Shown in pieces: positions 24,910 through 32,000 of a stretch of DNA of 32,000 nt. The DNA is taken from contig CALSTM010000002.1 in assembly GCA_943789275.1 (NCBI GenBank), positions 570,001 to 602,000 of the forward strand. Reading direction: 5' to 3'. Numbering within the stretch: the stretch's first letter is position 1; each line of letters opens with the position of its first letter. This DNA comes from Candidatus Poseidoniaceae archaeon (GTDB lineage: Archaea > Thermoplasmatota > Poseidoniia > Poseidoniales > Poseidoniaceae). The notes beneath the pieces are model-generated. The model worked only from the letters and a program-made list of their open reading frames with translations, did not search any database and was not told the origin of the DNA. Position numbers and translations under genes: made by a program.

Positions 24910-26007
24910 TTATTCTTCCGAGGATGAATCTTGTTCAGAGTCTCCAGCGGTCGTCTCAACGTCTTGAGTTACTTTAGGAACACCGACAACAGCCGGTGAA
25001 TCTTCAGGCAAGAGCCCAGGCCCCTCAGTCGCTGTAAAGTGAACTAGCCAATGATCTTAGTCCGCTGATTTCTCCACTCAAAGTCGAAACTTTAGCAGCT
25101 ACAGGGGCCACTTTGGCAGTTAAATTCTTTGCATGGCTTGATAATTTACCCCATTCGGTTTCGAATTCATTGAATTCTTTGGTAATCCTCTCATGGGCGG
25201 CAAGTATCTCGGTATGCATCGAAGACATATTAGATGCAATTGTAGCCATTCTCACCATATGCATATTTGCAATAAGTGTCATCGGTGAACAAATGATTAC
25301 ACCAGCAGATGCCCCATTTCTAATGAGTGCATCACAATTAACAATGAGAAAATCATAAACCGAATTCGAAGGAATAAACATGTATGCTACAGGATGTGTT
25401 CCCTTTCCGGGTTGAACATAATCTTCCCTTATCTTTTCAATGTGATTTTTAACATCATTTTCAAATTTCTTCATTAACTTCTCACGGGCCTTTATTTGAG
25501 TCTCAGGTGTGTTATCATATTTCTCAAAGGAATCAAGTATGAACTTCGAATCAATACACAAAATTTTTCCATCAATCCGAACATGTGCATCCGGAATTTT
25601 TCCAATTTCAGGGACGCTCTTTCGAATTTGAACGGATGAAAAATCTCTTTGAGTTCTTCTTCCATTGCCCATTCCCCCCAACTGGCACGAGAGGACTTTT
25701 TTAGCATCAGTCTGTTGAAGTCGTTGGCTACAGATTTTAATTCCTTTGAAGCACTTCCAAACTCACCAATTTTAGCTGAAATTCCCTTCTTCTCAAGACT
25801 AGCGCTCAACGCAACTTCAATGGTTGCTGCGTTGGGAATCTCTAAGGCAGTTTTGATTTCCGCCACAGTCGGTATACTCAAAGCATTAGACAACTGGCCA
25901 ATATCCAAATCTTTTTTGTTTTGAGATGCTATAAATTGTAAAATCAAGTTAAGAAAAACTCCAATAATCGCAAATCCAAGTAACACTGTTGTAACCATGT
26001 CATCCAT
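24910..26007 (-). pseudogene. rmuC: rmuC-like paralog disrupted by two frameshifts
   Basis: ORF 25492..26007 gives a TM helix, coiled coil and ...SRASWGEWAMEEELKE (the RGNWGE motif). The sequence continues one frame over in ORF 25025..25681 (DFSSVQIRK...CIDSKF...YMFIPSNSVYDF...VIICSPMTLIANMHMV). A third frame from about 25060 to the stop at 24910-24912 encodes ...LLPEDSPAVVGVPKVTQ...DSSSEE. That tail parallels the C-terminus of the intact RmuC at 28707 (...LPDAAVPRTVKQISSEEDE). Confidence 0.7.
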
Positions 26008-26028
26008 GTCGTTGGATATTCCTATTCC

Positions 26029-26036
26029 TTTTAAAG
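26029..26036 (-). promoter_or_regulatory. TATA-box-like element for the rmuC-like gene (leaderless arrangement)
   Basis: The minus strand reads CTTTAAAAGG, centred about 26 nt upstream of ATG 26007. No SD lies between them. Confidence 0.35.
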
Positions 26037-26168
26037 ATTAGACAAGTCATTTCCCAACCTTTCTTCAGGTCAAGCTTCACGATTTAAACTGCCATGACCC
26101 TTTGTACACCCTTGCATGAAATGGGTGTCAGACGCTACCGTTGGATTTACTCGCTTCGAGCCAATCGA

Positions 26169-28316
26169 TCATCGCTTACGGTTTGTGAACATGGCTGCTC
26201 CAAGTAAAGCCACCATGCTGAGCAGAACGCCAAATCCAGGGACATTGTCTTCAGTCCGATCGTCCATATCCTCTTGTGAATCGAAAACCTCGTTTGAATA
26301 AATGCCATCGACGCATGTCCCACTTCCAACAATGAACTCTGCTTCTGAATCTGACAGTACGGTAGCGTTCTTGACATCGGTACTGAGGTCGGTGCTTTCG
26401 TAGAGGGATGCAAGTACCGAGTAACATCCTTTCTCCAAGGAAAAGTTGTGTCCGTATTGTTCGCCGTTTTCTTCAATGCCGTTCCACCACCAGATGCCCT
26501 TCCACTCTTCAGTTTCAAGGTCCTTAACGACAATCAATGCGGTATAAGTCAAGCCTGTCTGAAGTTCGTCCACTTCTGCTTGGTAATTGTAGCCCCAAGT
26601 TGAGGCGTTGCTTGAAGGTGTATTTCGAAGTTGAACTGAATTTACGGTGATGTTACCAGCAGCTTCCAATGGTTCAGATTTCTCGCCCCACAGCCATACC
26701 ATGTTGCTTTCATGCTTGTTGGTGTCCTCGCCAATGAGGAGACGACCATCATCAAGAACCAGAAGATTGTCAGGGCCAGCAAGGTTGTTTACATCGCATT
26801 CGTATTGAGCCGAAGAGGTGTAAGGGCCTCCGGAAATGACTGGGTCAATACGGTTGACATCCCATCCATTGCCAAACGCCATTCGGTAGACGATGCCACA
26901 GGAATTCAGTGAAACATCGATGTCGTCTTGTCCATCGGTCATGGCCGATTCAATTCTCGACATCGCAAGGTAGAGACTATCAGGCACGTTTGGATTGAAT
27001 GCAACACCTTCCATCTTACTCCATTCATCCGTAGCACCAAGTGCTGCTGCTGCTTTGCGTGACTCGAGGAAAGGGACTCTGTCATCGTTTGCATATCCAA
27101 TTGTACCGTCACCGTTGAGGTCCTTATTCAAACGCCCTTCAGCCCAATCATTGATCTCATCATCTGTAATGTACGAGTTCTGACCTGGAACGAAATCATC
27201 TGCTGTGATGCCGTTGTATTCATCAATCCAGGTTCGGATTTCATCGTTTGAAGATGAAGCCATTTCCATCCACTCTACGTCGAACCCTGTTACAGAAGAG
27301 TCTCTCGTGATGTCTTGAGTGACTTTCGCACCGTAAAGCGTGCCTGCACTGAGGTCGCCTGCTGTGTTTGCTACAAATTTGAACAGAACCGTTTCATAGC
27401 CATCGTCGGTAAGATAGACGGTTCGTTCATCTGGCATGACGGCTGCATTTTCGTGAGAGTAGCGGCCCATAGAAAGATGCCGTACGAAATCAGGTTCGGC
27501 GGTCGTTGCGTTCTCGATTTCGACGATGTACCCATAATCGTAAGGGTTCGGATAGTGACCGAGATAATTCTCTAACTTCGTTTGATCCGAATGGTACCTG
27601 AAACTGTCATCGTTCCAAAATTGAGTGTTGTCGAAATACAGTTCCTCTGAAAAAAGCGGGGACCCCCAAGGACTCATGCTGCCGAAACAGAACACCCAGC
27701 CGCCGTTGATACTGCTGAGGTTCAACATCTTGCTGCTCAACACGGCCCACTCGGAGGAGGAACTGTCCCATTCGAGTTCCAATTGACTGAGACCTGCCGG
27801 ACGGTCTTCCCAAGCGGTGTAGAGATAACCGTGTGTGGCATCGACGTTCAATGGAACAAAGGCATTGTAGTCTGGTTTCTTGCTGATTAAAATCTGGCTT
27901 TCATCGTCGGCTGCGTATATTCCTCCTGCAACGCCGCCTTCGGAAAGTGCATCTCCGCTTTGCAAAATCACCTGATAGTCTCCGTAAGATGTTCGAATAC
28001 CGTGCCAAATATCATCCGCACTGCTTGAGGAGGCCAGTTCAGGAACTGTTTCGGGAAGATCATTCCAGTCAATACCGTTGATGACTCCAATTGTTGCCTT
28101 GTAGTTGTCTTCATCAGGATGCATGGCATTGACAAAGAAGTTACCGTTTGCATCGATGTGCATTCCAGTGACCTCTGCCTCGGGGGGAAGCATCATGATC
28201 CGGGTCATCGATTCCGGAGTCGCATCTTCACCTCCTTGGGCCATCACGAAAGGAGAAATGTTGAGCGCAAGCAGTAAGCCAATGGAGAGAAGAATCAAGT
28301 TGGACTTGGTACGCAT
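26169..28316 (-). CDS. Secreted PhoX/DUF839-like beta-propeller protein with C-terminal PGF-CTERM archaeal sorting signal
   Basis: Signal peptide MRTKSNLILLSIGLLLALNISPFVMA from ATG 28316, which has a GGTGAGG SD; the track start 28355 is GTG. The motifs GGWVFCFGSMSPWGSPLFSEE, SHENAAVMPDERTVYLTDDG and GPDNLLVLDDGRLLIGEDTN resemble PhoX/DUF839 signatures as I recall them. The C-terminus is PGFGVLLSMVALLGAAMFTNRKR. Confidence 0.8.
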   Translation of the reverse strand: MRTKSNLILLSIGLLLALNISPFVMAQGGEDATPESMTRIMMLPPEAEVTGMHIDANGNFFVNAMHPDEDNYKATIGVINGIDWNDLPETVPELASSSSADDIWHGIRTSYGDYQVILQSGDALSEGGVAGGIYAADDESQILISKKPDYNAFVPLNVDATHGYLYTAWEDRPAGLSQLELEWDSSSSEWAVLSSKMLNLSSINGGWVFCFGSMSPWGSPLFSEELYFDNTQFWNDDSFRYHSDQTKLENYLGHYPNPYDYGYIVEIENATTAEPDFVRHLSMGRYSHENAAVMPDERTVYLTDDGYETVLFKFVANTAGDLSAGTLYGAKVTQDITRDSSVTGFDVEWMEMASSSNDEIRTWIDEYNGITADDFVPGQNSYITDDEINDWAEGRLNKDLNGDGTIGYANDDRVPFLESRKAAAALGATDEWSKMEGVAFNPNVPDSLYLAMSRIESAMTDGQDDIDVSLNSCGIVYRMAFGNGWDVNRIDPVISGGPYTSSAQYECDVNNLAGPDNLLVLDDGRLLIGEDTNKHESNMVWLWGEKSEPLEAAGNITVNSVQLRNTPSSNASTWGYNYQAEVDELQTGLTYTALIVVKDLETEEWKGIWWWNGIEENGEQYGHNFSLEKGCYSVLASLYESTDLSTDVKNATVLSDSEAEFIVGSGTCVDGIYSNEVFDSQEDMDDRTEDNVPGFGVLLSMVALLGAAMFTNRKR

Positions 28317-28438
28317 GATTTCCTCACCCCAGAGTGAATCAAAAACATTCCTCACGAATCAAACGGAAGGTCAACCTACCTACACGACTGAAAGGTGGAG
28401 AAGAGAACGATGCCGTTGGAGAACGTAAGTCAGAAAAC

Positions 28439-28451
28439 ATTTATTCATATA
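28439..28451 (+). promoter_or_regulatory. TATA-box-like element for the DUF2892 gene
   Basis: ATTTATTCATATA lies 23-35 nt upstream of ATG 28474. This fits a leaderless or short-leader archaeal transcript. Confidence 0.35.
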
Positions 28452-28473
28452 CTACAAGGCAGTTTTGTTTGAT

Positions 28474-28704
28474 ATGGCACTCACATGTAACATCGGCGCT
28501 GCAGGTAAAGCATTCCGTTTGAGAATTGGTATCGCAACCGTATTTGGCGGACTTGTTCTCGGGCTTATTACCGCAACTGGCATCCTTCCTTCTATCGCTT
28601 GGGTAGCCGTCGCAGGTAGCCTTCTTGGTGGCTCTTTCTCCATATGGGAAGCACGTGCTGGATGGTGCGTTGTCCGAGCTATGGGATTCAAGACTGCATT
28701 GTGA
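28474..28704 (+). CDS. DUF2892 (YgaP-like transmembrane domain) family small membrane protein
   Basis: MALTCNIGAAGKAFRLRIG... has two hydrophobic helices and ends ...EARAGWCVVRAMGFKT, matching the CN(V/I)G...R...G...CP.Y..LG..T pattern of DUF2892. It converges on rmuC with 2 bp between the stop codons. Confidence 0.7.
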   Translation: MALTCNIGAAGKAFRLRIGIATVFGGLVLGLITATGILPSIAWVAVAGSLLGGSFSIWEARAGWCVVRAMGFKTAL

Positions 28705-28706
28705 AA

Positions 28707-29936
28707 TTATTCGTCTTCTTCCGACGAAATCTGTTTGACTGTTCTTGGTACTGCTGCATCCGGTAACTCAGCCAACTTTCGTTGGGCCCCGTCTGCCAGT
28801 TTCAGTTCCTCGAGGCGACGCCCACTTGGAATCACACTGCCATCGTACGAGCCTACCGCATCGTTGTAGGCGCCAACAACGGTATTGATTCCTCGACCCA
28901 TTTTCGCTAAATCATGACTGAACTTGCTGACTCGGTCATAAAATTCTCGGGCTTTCTTGTGTATTTCTTTTGCATTATCCGCCATTGATTGCTGTTGCCA
29001 GTACAGTCCAACCGTACGCAGTAACGCGATAAGCGTCACCGGAGTGACGATGAGAACATGCTTGTTGAAAGCATACTCTTGGAGCGTTGGTTCATACTCA
29101 AAAGCGGTAGAGAGAATCGGTTCAGCCGGGATAAACATCACCGTAAAGTCAACCCCATCCAGAAGGCGAGGGTAGTCTCGGTCCACCAAGTCGTCAATGT
29201 GTTTTTTCACTGCTTTGGCGTGCTCTTTCATCTTCACAGCTCGAGCGTTACTGTCTTCCAATTCCAATCCGTCCCAGTAAGCAGCGAGTGGTACTTTCGA
29301 ATCGACCGGAATGCTTCCTCCGTTGGGAATGTTGGCCAGGAGGTCCACCCGTGCACCACCAGCGCCGGACTTGAGCGTGACTTCTGTATCAAAATCGCAG
29401 TGTTCGAGCATTCCTGCTGCCTCAGCGATGTTCTTGAGAGCCACTTGCCCCCAATTCCCTCTGGCCTTGACTGAGCCTCTGAGAGCTGTTGACAATTGCA
29501 CATTTGTATCGCGAAGATCCACAGTTTGTTGATGGAGCATGTCCGCAGTTCGCTTCAACCCCTGATACGCTCCTTCGCGCTTGAGTTCCATCTCACTGGT
29601 TGCCTTTTCCAATTTCTCAAGGTGTTCCTTGATAGGCGTCACCAGGGACTCCACCTCTTTCTTTCGAGCCACGTGATCCTTTGCCGATTCAGATTCAACC
29701 TTGCCGAGTCGTTCCTCAGCAAGCCGTAGAAAATCTTCTGAATTTTGTCGAGCGACGTTGGTTGCCACGCTTTGCATTTCGGCCAACATTGAATCTTTAC
29801 TCAACGAAATCGCTGCAACTTGAGCCTCAGCACGTATCACGTCACCAGAGTACCGGTTCTTCGCCAAAAGCCAACCAATACCTAAGCCCAATGCCGTTCC
29901 AAGTATGATAAATCCGTATTCAGCAAGGCCAGCCAT
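28707..29936 (-). CDS. rmuC: DNA recombination protein RmuC (N-terminal TM helix, coiled coil, nuclease-like C-domain)
   Basis: MAGLAEYGFIILGTALGLGIGWLLA is the TM helix, followed by a long coiled coil. Then come RGNWGQVALKNIAEAAGM...PVDSKVPLAAY...VMFIPAEPILSTAF...VLIVTPVTLIALLRTV, typical RmuC motifs. The track start 29996 is TTG, so I use ATG 29936. Confidence 0.85.
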   Translation of the reverse strand: MAGLAEYGFIILGTALGLGIGWLLAKNRYSGDVIRAEAQVAAISLSKDSMLAEMQSVATNVARQNSEDFLRLAEERLGKVESESAKDHVARKKEVESLVTPIKEHLEKLEKATSEMELKREGAYQGLKRTADMLHQQTVDLRDTNVQLSTALRGSVKARGNWGQVALKNIAEAAGMLEHCDFDTEVTLKSGAGGARVDLLANIPNGGSIPVDSKVPLAAYWDGLELEDSNARAVKMKEHAKAVKKHIDDLVDRDYPRLLDGVDFTVMFIPAEPILSTAFEYEPTLQEYAFNKHVLIVTPVTLIALLRTVGLYWQQQSMADNAKEIHKKAREFYDRVSKFSHDLAKMGRGINTVVGAYNDAVGSYDGSVIPSGRRLEELKLADGAQRKLAELPDAAVPRTVKQISSEEDE

Positions 29937-29996
29937 ATCACAATGAAAGTGTCGACACTTCTTGAAGACATTGGCGTAAAGAGGACGAGTGCCCAA

Positions 29997-30599
29997 TCAC
30001 TTACCACGGTTGAGGTTTGCCTTAAGTGAAGGACGCAATTTCTCTGCTCCCTTCCCCTTGTTATGCAAACCACGACCTCGCTTTCCAGCAGAGGTCTTGC
30101 CTCGGAAAGCCCGTCCACGGTGGGACTTGTTTCCGTTCGCACCGCTGAACACACCGAGTTGCTTGTCAGCAATGATTGCGGGGTGGTGCGTATCGATGAG
30201 AATGACTTCGTAGAACTTGTGCTTACCGTCTTGTCCGACCCAGTATGAGTTGAGGACTTCCATGTTCGGGAAATGACGTGCAACCCGCTCTTCAGCCATG
30301 CGCTGCGTGTTCTTTGCCATGGTAATCTTCTTGATACCAGCCTTACTTGGCTTGCGCTTCATGTGAATCTTACCCTTGCGAAGTCCACCACGGCGGATAC
30401 GAGTACGAATCATGACAACGCCTTGCTTGGCCTTGTAACCAAGGCGACGTGCAGCGTCTATACGAGTAGGCCGTTCAATCTTGCAATTGACCGGTTCTCG
30501 ACGCCATTGAGCCATACGGGTCTGGCGGAACATGTGAGGCGTAGCCTCTTTTGGTTGCTTCCAAGTTTCACGAACATGTTGATACAATCCCCGAGTCAT
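29997..30599 (-). CDS. rpl15e: 50S ribosomal protein L15e
   Basis: MTRGLYQHVRETWKQPKE...IERPTRIDAARRLGYKAKQGVVMIRTRIRRGG...VLNSYWVGQDGKHKFYEVILID..HPAI is collinear with archaeal L15e. A GGTG SD lies 7 nt upstream of ATG 30599. Confidence 0.95.
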   Translation of the reverse strand: MTRGLYQHVRETWKQPKEATPHMFRQTRMAQWRREPVNCKIERPTRIDAARRLGYKAKQGVVMIRTRIRRGGLRKGKIHMKRKPSKAGIKKITMAKNTQRMAEERVARHFPNMEVLNSYWVGQDGKHKFYEVILIDTHHPAIIADKQLGVFSGANGNKSHRGRAFRGKTSAGKRGRGLHNKGKGAEKLRPSLKANLNRGK

Positions 30600-30642
30600 A
30601 ATGAACACCTGCGCTTCTCAGCATCCTGCCGACTTAACTCCC

Positions 30643-30650
30643 CTTTATGA
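30643..30650 (-). promoter_or_regulatory. Candidate TATA-like box for rpl15e
   Basis: The minus strand reads TCATAAAG about 48 nt upstream of the ATG. This would leave a leader of about 20 nt containing the GGTG SD. Confidence 0.25.
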
Positions 30651-30722
30651 GTCTGTCCACGCGATTGGAGTGCCTCGTTTTGATGTAAAACGCGTGCTGC
30701 TCGCGTGAAACGGTGCAACATC

Positions 30723-31094
30723 TCATTCGGTTGGAAGGCCTTCTGCTTGGATTCCACGCCAGCCACCCCAAAGGGAGATAGCGTTACTGTAGCCCATTTC
30801 TTTCAGGGATTTAGCCGCAATTGCGCTTCGGAATCCGCCTCCACAATACAAGACCATCCGAGTATCGTCATTGAAATCATGCTTCTCAATGTCACGCTCA
30901 AGAACACCTTTGCCGATATGAACCGAGCCAATCAGATGCCCGGCGTCATACTCATGCTGTTCACGAACATCAAGCACCACAATCGGTTGTCCATCAGCAA
31001 GCATCGAGCGTAATTCCCCAGCCTCGCATTCTGGAATCGCTGCTCTTGCCGCCTCGACCACCGCTAAAAATTTCGCACTGTGCTTCTTCGCCAT
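30723..31094 (-). CDS. Single-domain rhodanese-like sulfurtransferase
   Basis: VVLDVREQHEYDAGHLIGSVHI...MVLYCGGGFRSAIAAKSLKEMGY...LWGGWRGIQ has the active-site loop CGGGFRS. The track start 31136 is GTG; ATG 31094 (MAKKHSAKF...) has a GGGGT SD. Confidence 0.85.
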   Translation of the reverse strand: MAKKHSAKFLAVVEAARAAIPECEAGELRSMLADGQPIVVLDVREQHEYDAGHLIGSVHIGKGVLERDIEKHDFNDDTRMVLYCGGGFRSAIAAKSLKEMGYSNAISLWGGWRGIQAEGLPTE

Positions 31095-31144
31095 AGCAAC
31101 CCCAGTGCGGATAGCCTCATGAGGACTGCGGACCACGGCTTACC

Positions 31145-31858
31145 ATGGCAGGGCAAATCACGGGCGCTGAAGCCGTGCTGGCTGCACTGCTCGCTCAAGA
31201 TAACCTTGAGATGGTTTTGGTTGACAGGGATAAGGATACCACGGAAATCCGACGGCTGTGTGAAGAACTGAACATCCCGCTTGAAGAAGGTTCGACCAAC
31301 GATCTTTGGCGCATGTCAGCAGAAGGCCATGTTGATGCTTTAGCTCTCATCGGTCGAACACCCAATGGCGACTTAGAGCAGGTGCTTGAGCGAGGCGGTA
31401 CGGTGTGGTTTTTTGACGGTGTTACGTATTCAACGAACCTCGGATTTGCAATTCGTACGGCCGAAGTATCGGGTGCTGATGCTGTCGTACTTAACGTCGC
31501 CAAAACCCATGAAGAGCGACGAACAATTCGACGCTCAAGCATGCGTGCCGACCGATTTATTCCGGTGGTCTACAGTACGACTGAAGAGATACTAAAGGCC
31601 GTTAAAAGCACAGATTTTCGATTGATTTCGGTTGAAGATGTCGGCACTCACGAACCTTGGGATGAAGACTTAACAGGCAATGTGATGCTTGTTGTTGGAG
31701 CTGAAAAAGAAGGCATCAGTGCGGAAGTATTGGATGCTTCAGATGCCTGCGTATTGCTTCCAATGGACGGTTTTGTTCCATCCTACAACCTTCAAGTGGC
31801 TGTTAGCGTTGTTGCTTTGGAAGCACTGCGTCAGAGAAACCTCAATTCCAAAAATTGA
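31145..31858 (+). CDS. SpoU/TrmH-family RNA 2'-O-methyltransferase (RlmB-like, with N-terminal L30e-like domain)
   Basis: ...NLGFAIRTAEVSGADAVVL...LVVGAEKEGISAEVLDASDACVLLPMDGFVPSYNLQVAVSVVALEALRQ matches SPOUT motifs 1-3. Confidence 0.85.
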   Translation: MAGQITGAEAVLAALLAQDNLEMVLVDRDKDTTEIRRLCEELNIPLEEGSTNDLWRMSAEGHVDALALIGRTPNGDLEQVLERGGTVWFFDGVTYSTNLGFAIRTAEVSGADAVVLNVAKTHEERRTIRRSSMRADRFIPVVYSTTEEILKAVKSTDFRLISVEDVGTHEPWDEDLTGNVMLVVGAEKEGISAEVLDASDACVLLPMDGFVPSYNLQVAVSVVALEALRQRNLNSKN

Positions 31859-31937
31859 GAAAACTTCAGTTTGCGAACCCTTTAAATCGAGTCAGTAAAA
31901 CATTCCGTTGGGTTCAGTCCGTTGGAAGGTGGGATAC

Positions 31938-32000
31938 ATGGATGAGGGTTTGAAAAAACTGTTCTATGCGCACCTTACTGAAATGGTCTTTCAAGCCGCA
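31938..32000 (+). CDS. 5' end of an unidentified CDS running off the window
   Basis: ATG 31938 is preceded by an AGGTGG SD 6 nt upstream and a CTTTAAAT TATA-like box about 45 nt upstream. Only 21 codons (MDEGLKKLFYAHLTEMVFQAA) are visible. Confidence 0.35.
   Translation, partial: MDEGLKKLFYAHLTEMVFQAA

Noticed and set aside
23526-26100. Calling the low-GC islet an integrated provirus, plasmid or named defence system
   Set aside because: No integrase, transposase, capsid, terminase or known defence signature gene is visible. It is reported only as a compositional anomaly with a hypothesis.
26116-26135. AATGGGTGTCAGAC on the plus strand resembles AATGGGTGTTCAGTC on the minus strand of the repeats (a possible inverted partial third copy). 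A CCCTTGC(A/G)NGA motif also occurs near 23531, 24815 and 26108.
   Set aside because: Only about 15 nt match, with an indel, and there is no flanking similarity. My rough estimate is that a match of this size is expected by chance in a 32-kb window.
1-32000. CRISPR arrays, tRNA/rRNA genes, IS elements
   Set aside because: By eye I found no regularly spaced short repeats, no tRNA-like cloverleaf in any intergenic gap longer than 50 nt, and no transposase-like ORF. A tRNAscan/Infernal run would be needed to exclude small RNAs formally.

Overview
The window looks like a chromosomal segment of a marine euryarchaeon. The evidence is ribosomal protein L15e, a PGF-CTERM sorting signal, nuoD followed directly by nuoH, and TATA-like boxes about 26 nt upstream of start codons. 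A Marine Group II/Poseidoniales origin is only my guess. All calls come from reading the six-frame translations and recognising motifs; no database search was possible. Almost everything from 1 to 28316 is on the minus strand. Left to right the window contains: (1) nuoH (partial), nuoD, nuoC, nuoB and nuoA. (2) A 15.5-kb co-directional block of five cell-envelope genes. These are a CARDB-like repeat protein, a 1511-aa membrane-anchored subtilase with a cytoplasmic zinc-ribbon tail, a 221-aa type II anchor protein, a roughly 1570-aa orphan giant protein, and a PKD protein with a long cytoplasmic tail ending in a zinc ribbon. (3) RNase Z, a PRC-barrel protein, and a cystathionine gamma-lyase/beta-synthase pair. 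(4) A low-GC islet (about 23.5-26.1 kb) with two small orphan genes, a 142-bp direct repeat at about 93% identity, and a decayed rmuC paralog with two frameshifts. (5) A PhoX/DUF839-like protein with PGF-CTERM, a DUF2892 protein, an intact rmuC, rpl15e, a rhodanese and a SpoU/TrmH methyltransferase. I found no tRNA, rRNA, CRISPR array, transposase or integrase. The best candidates for something undescribed are the envelope block (orphan giant plus coupled anchor, cytoplasmic Zn-ribbon tails) and the repeat-flanked islet.
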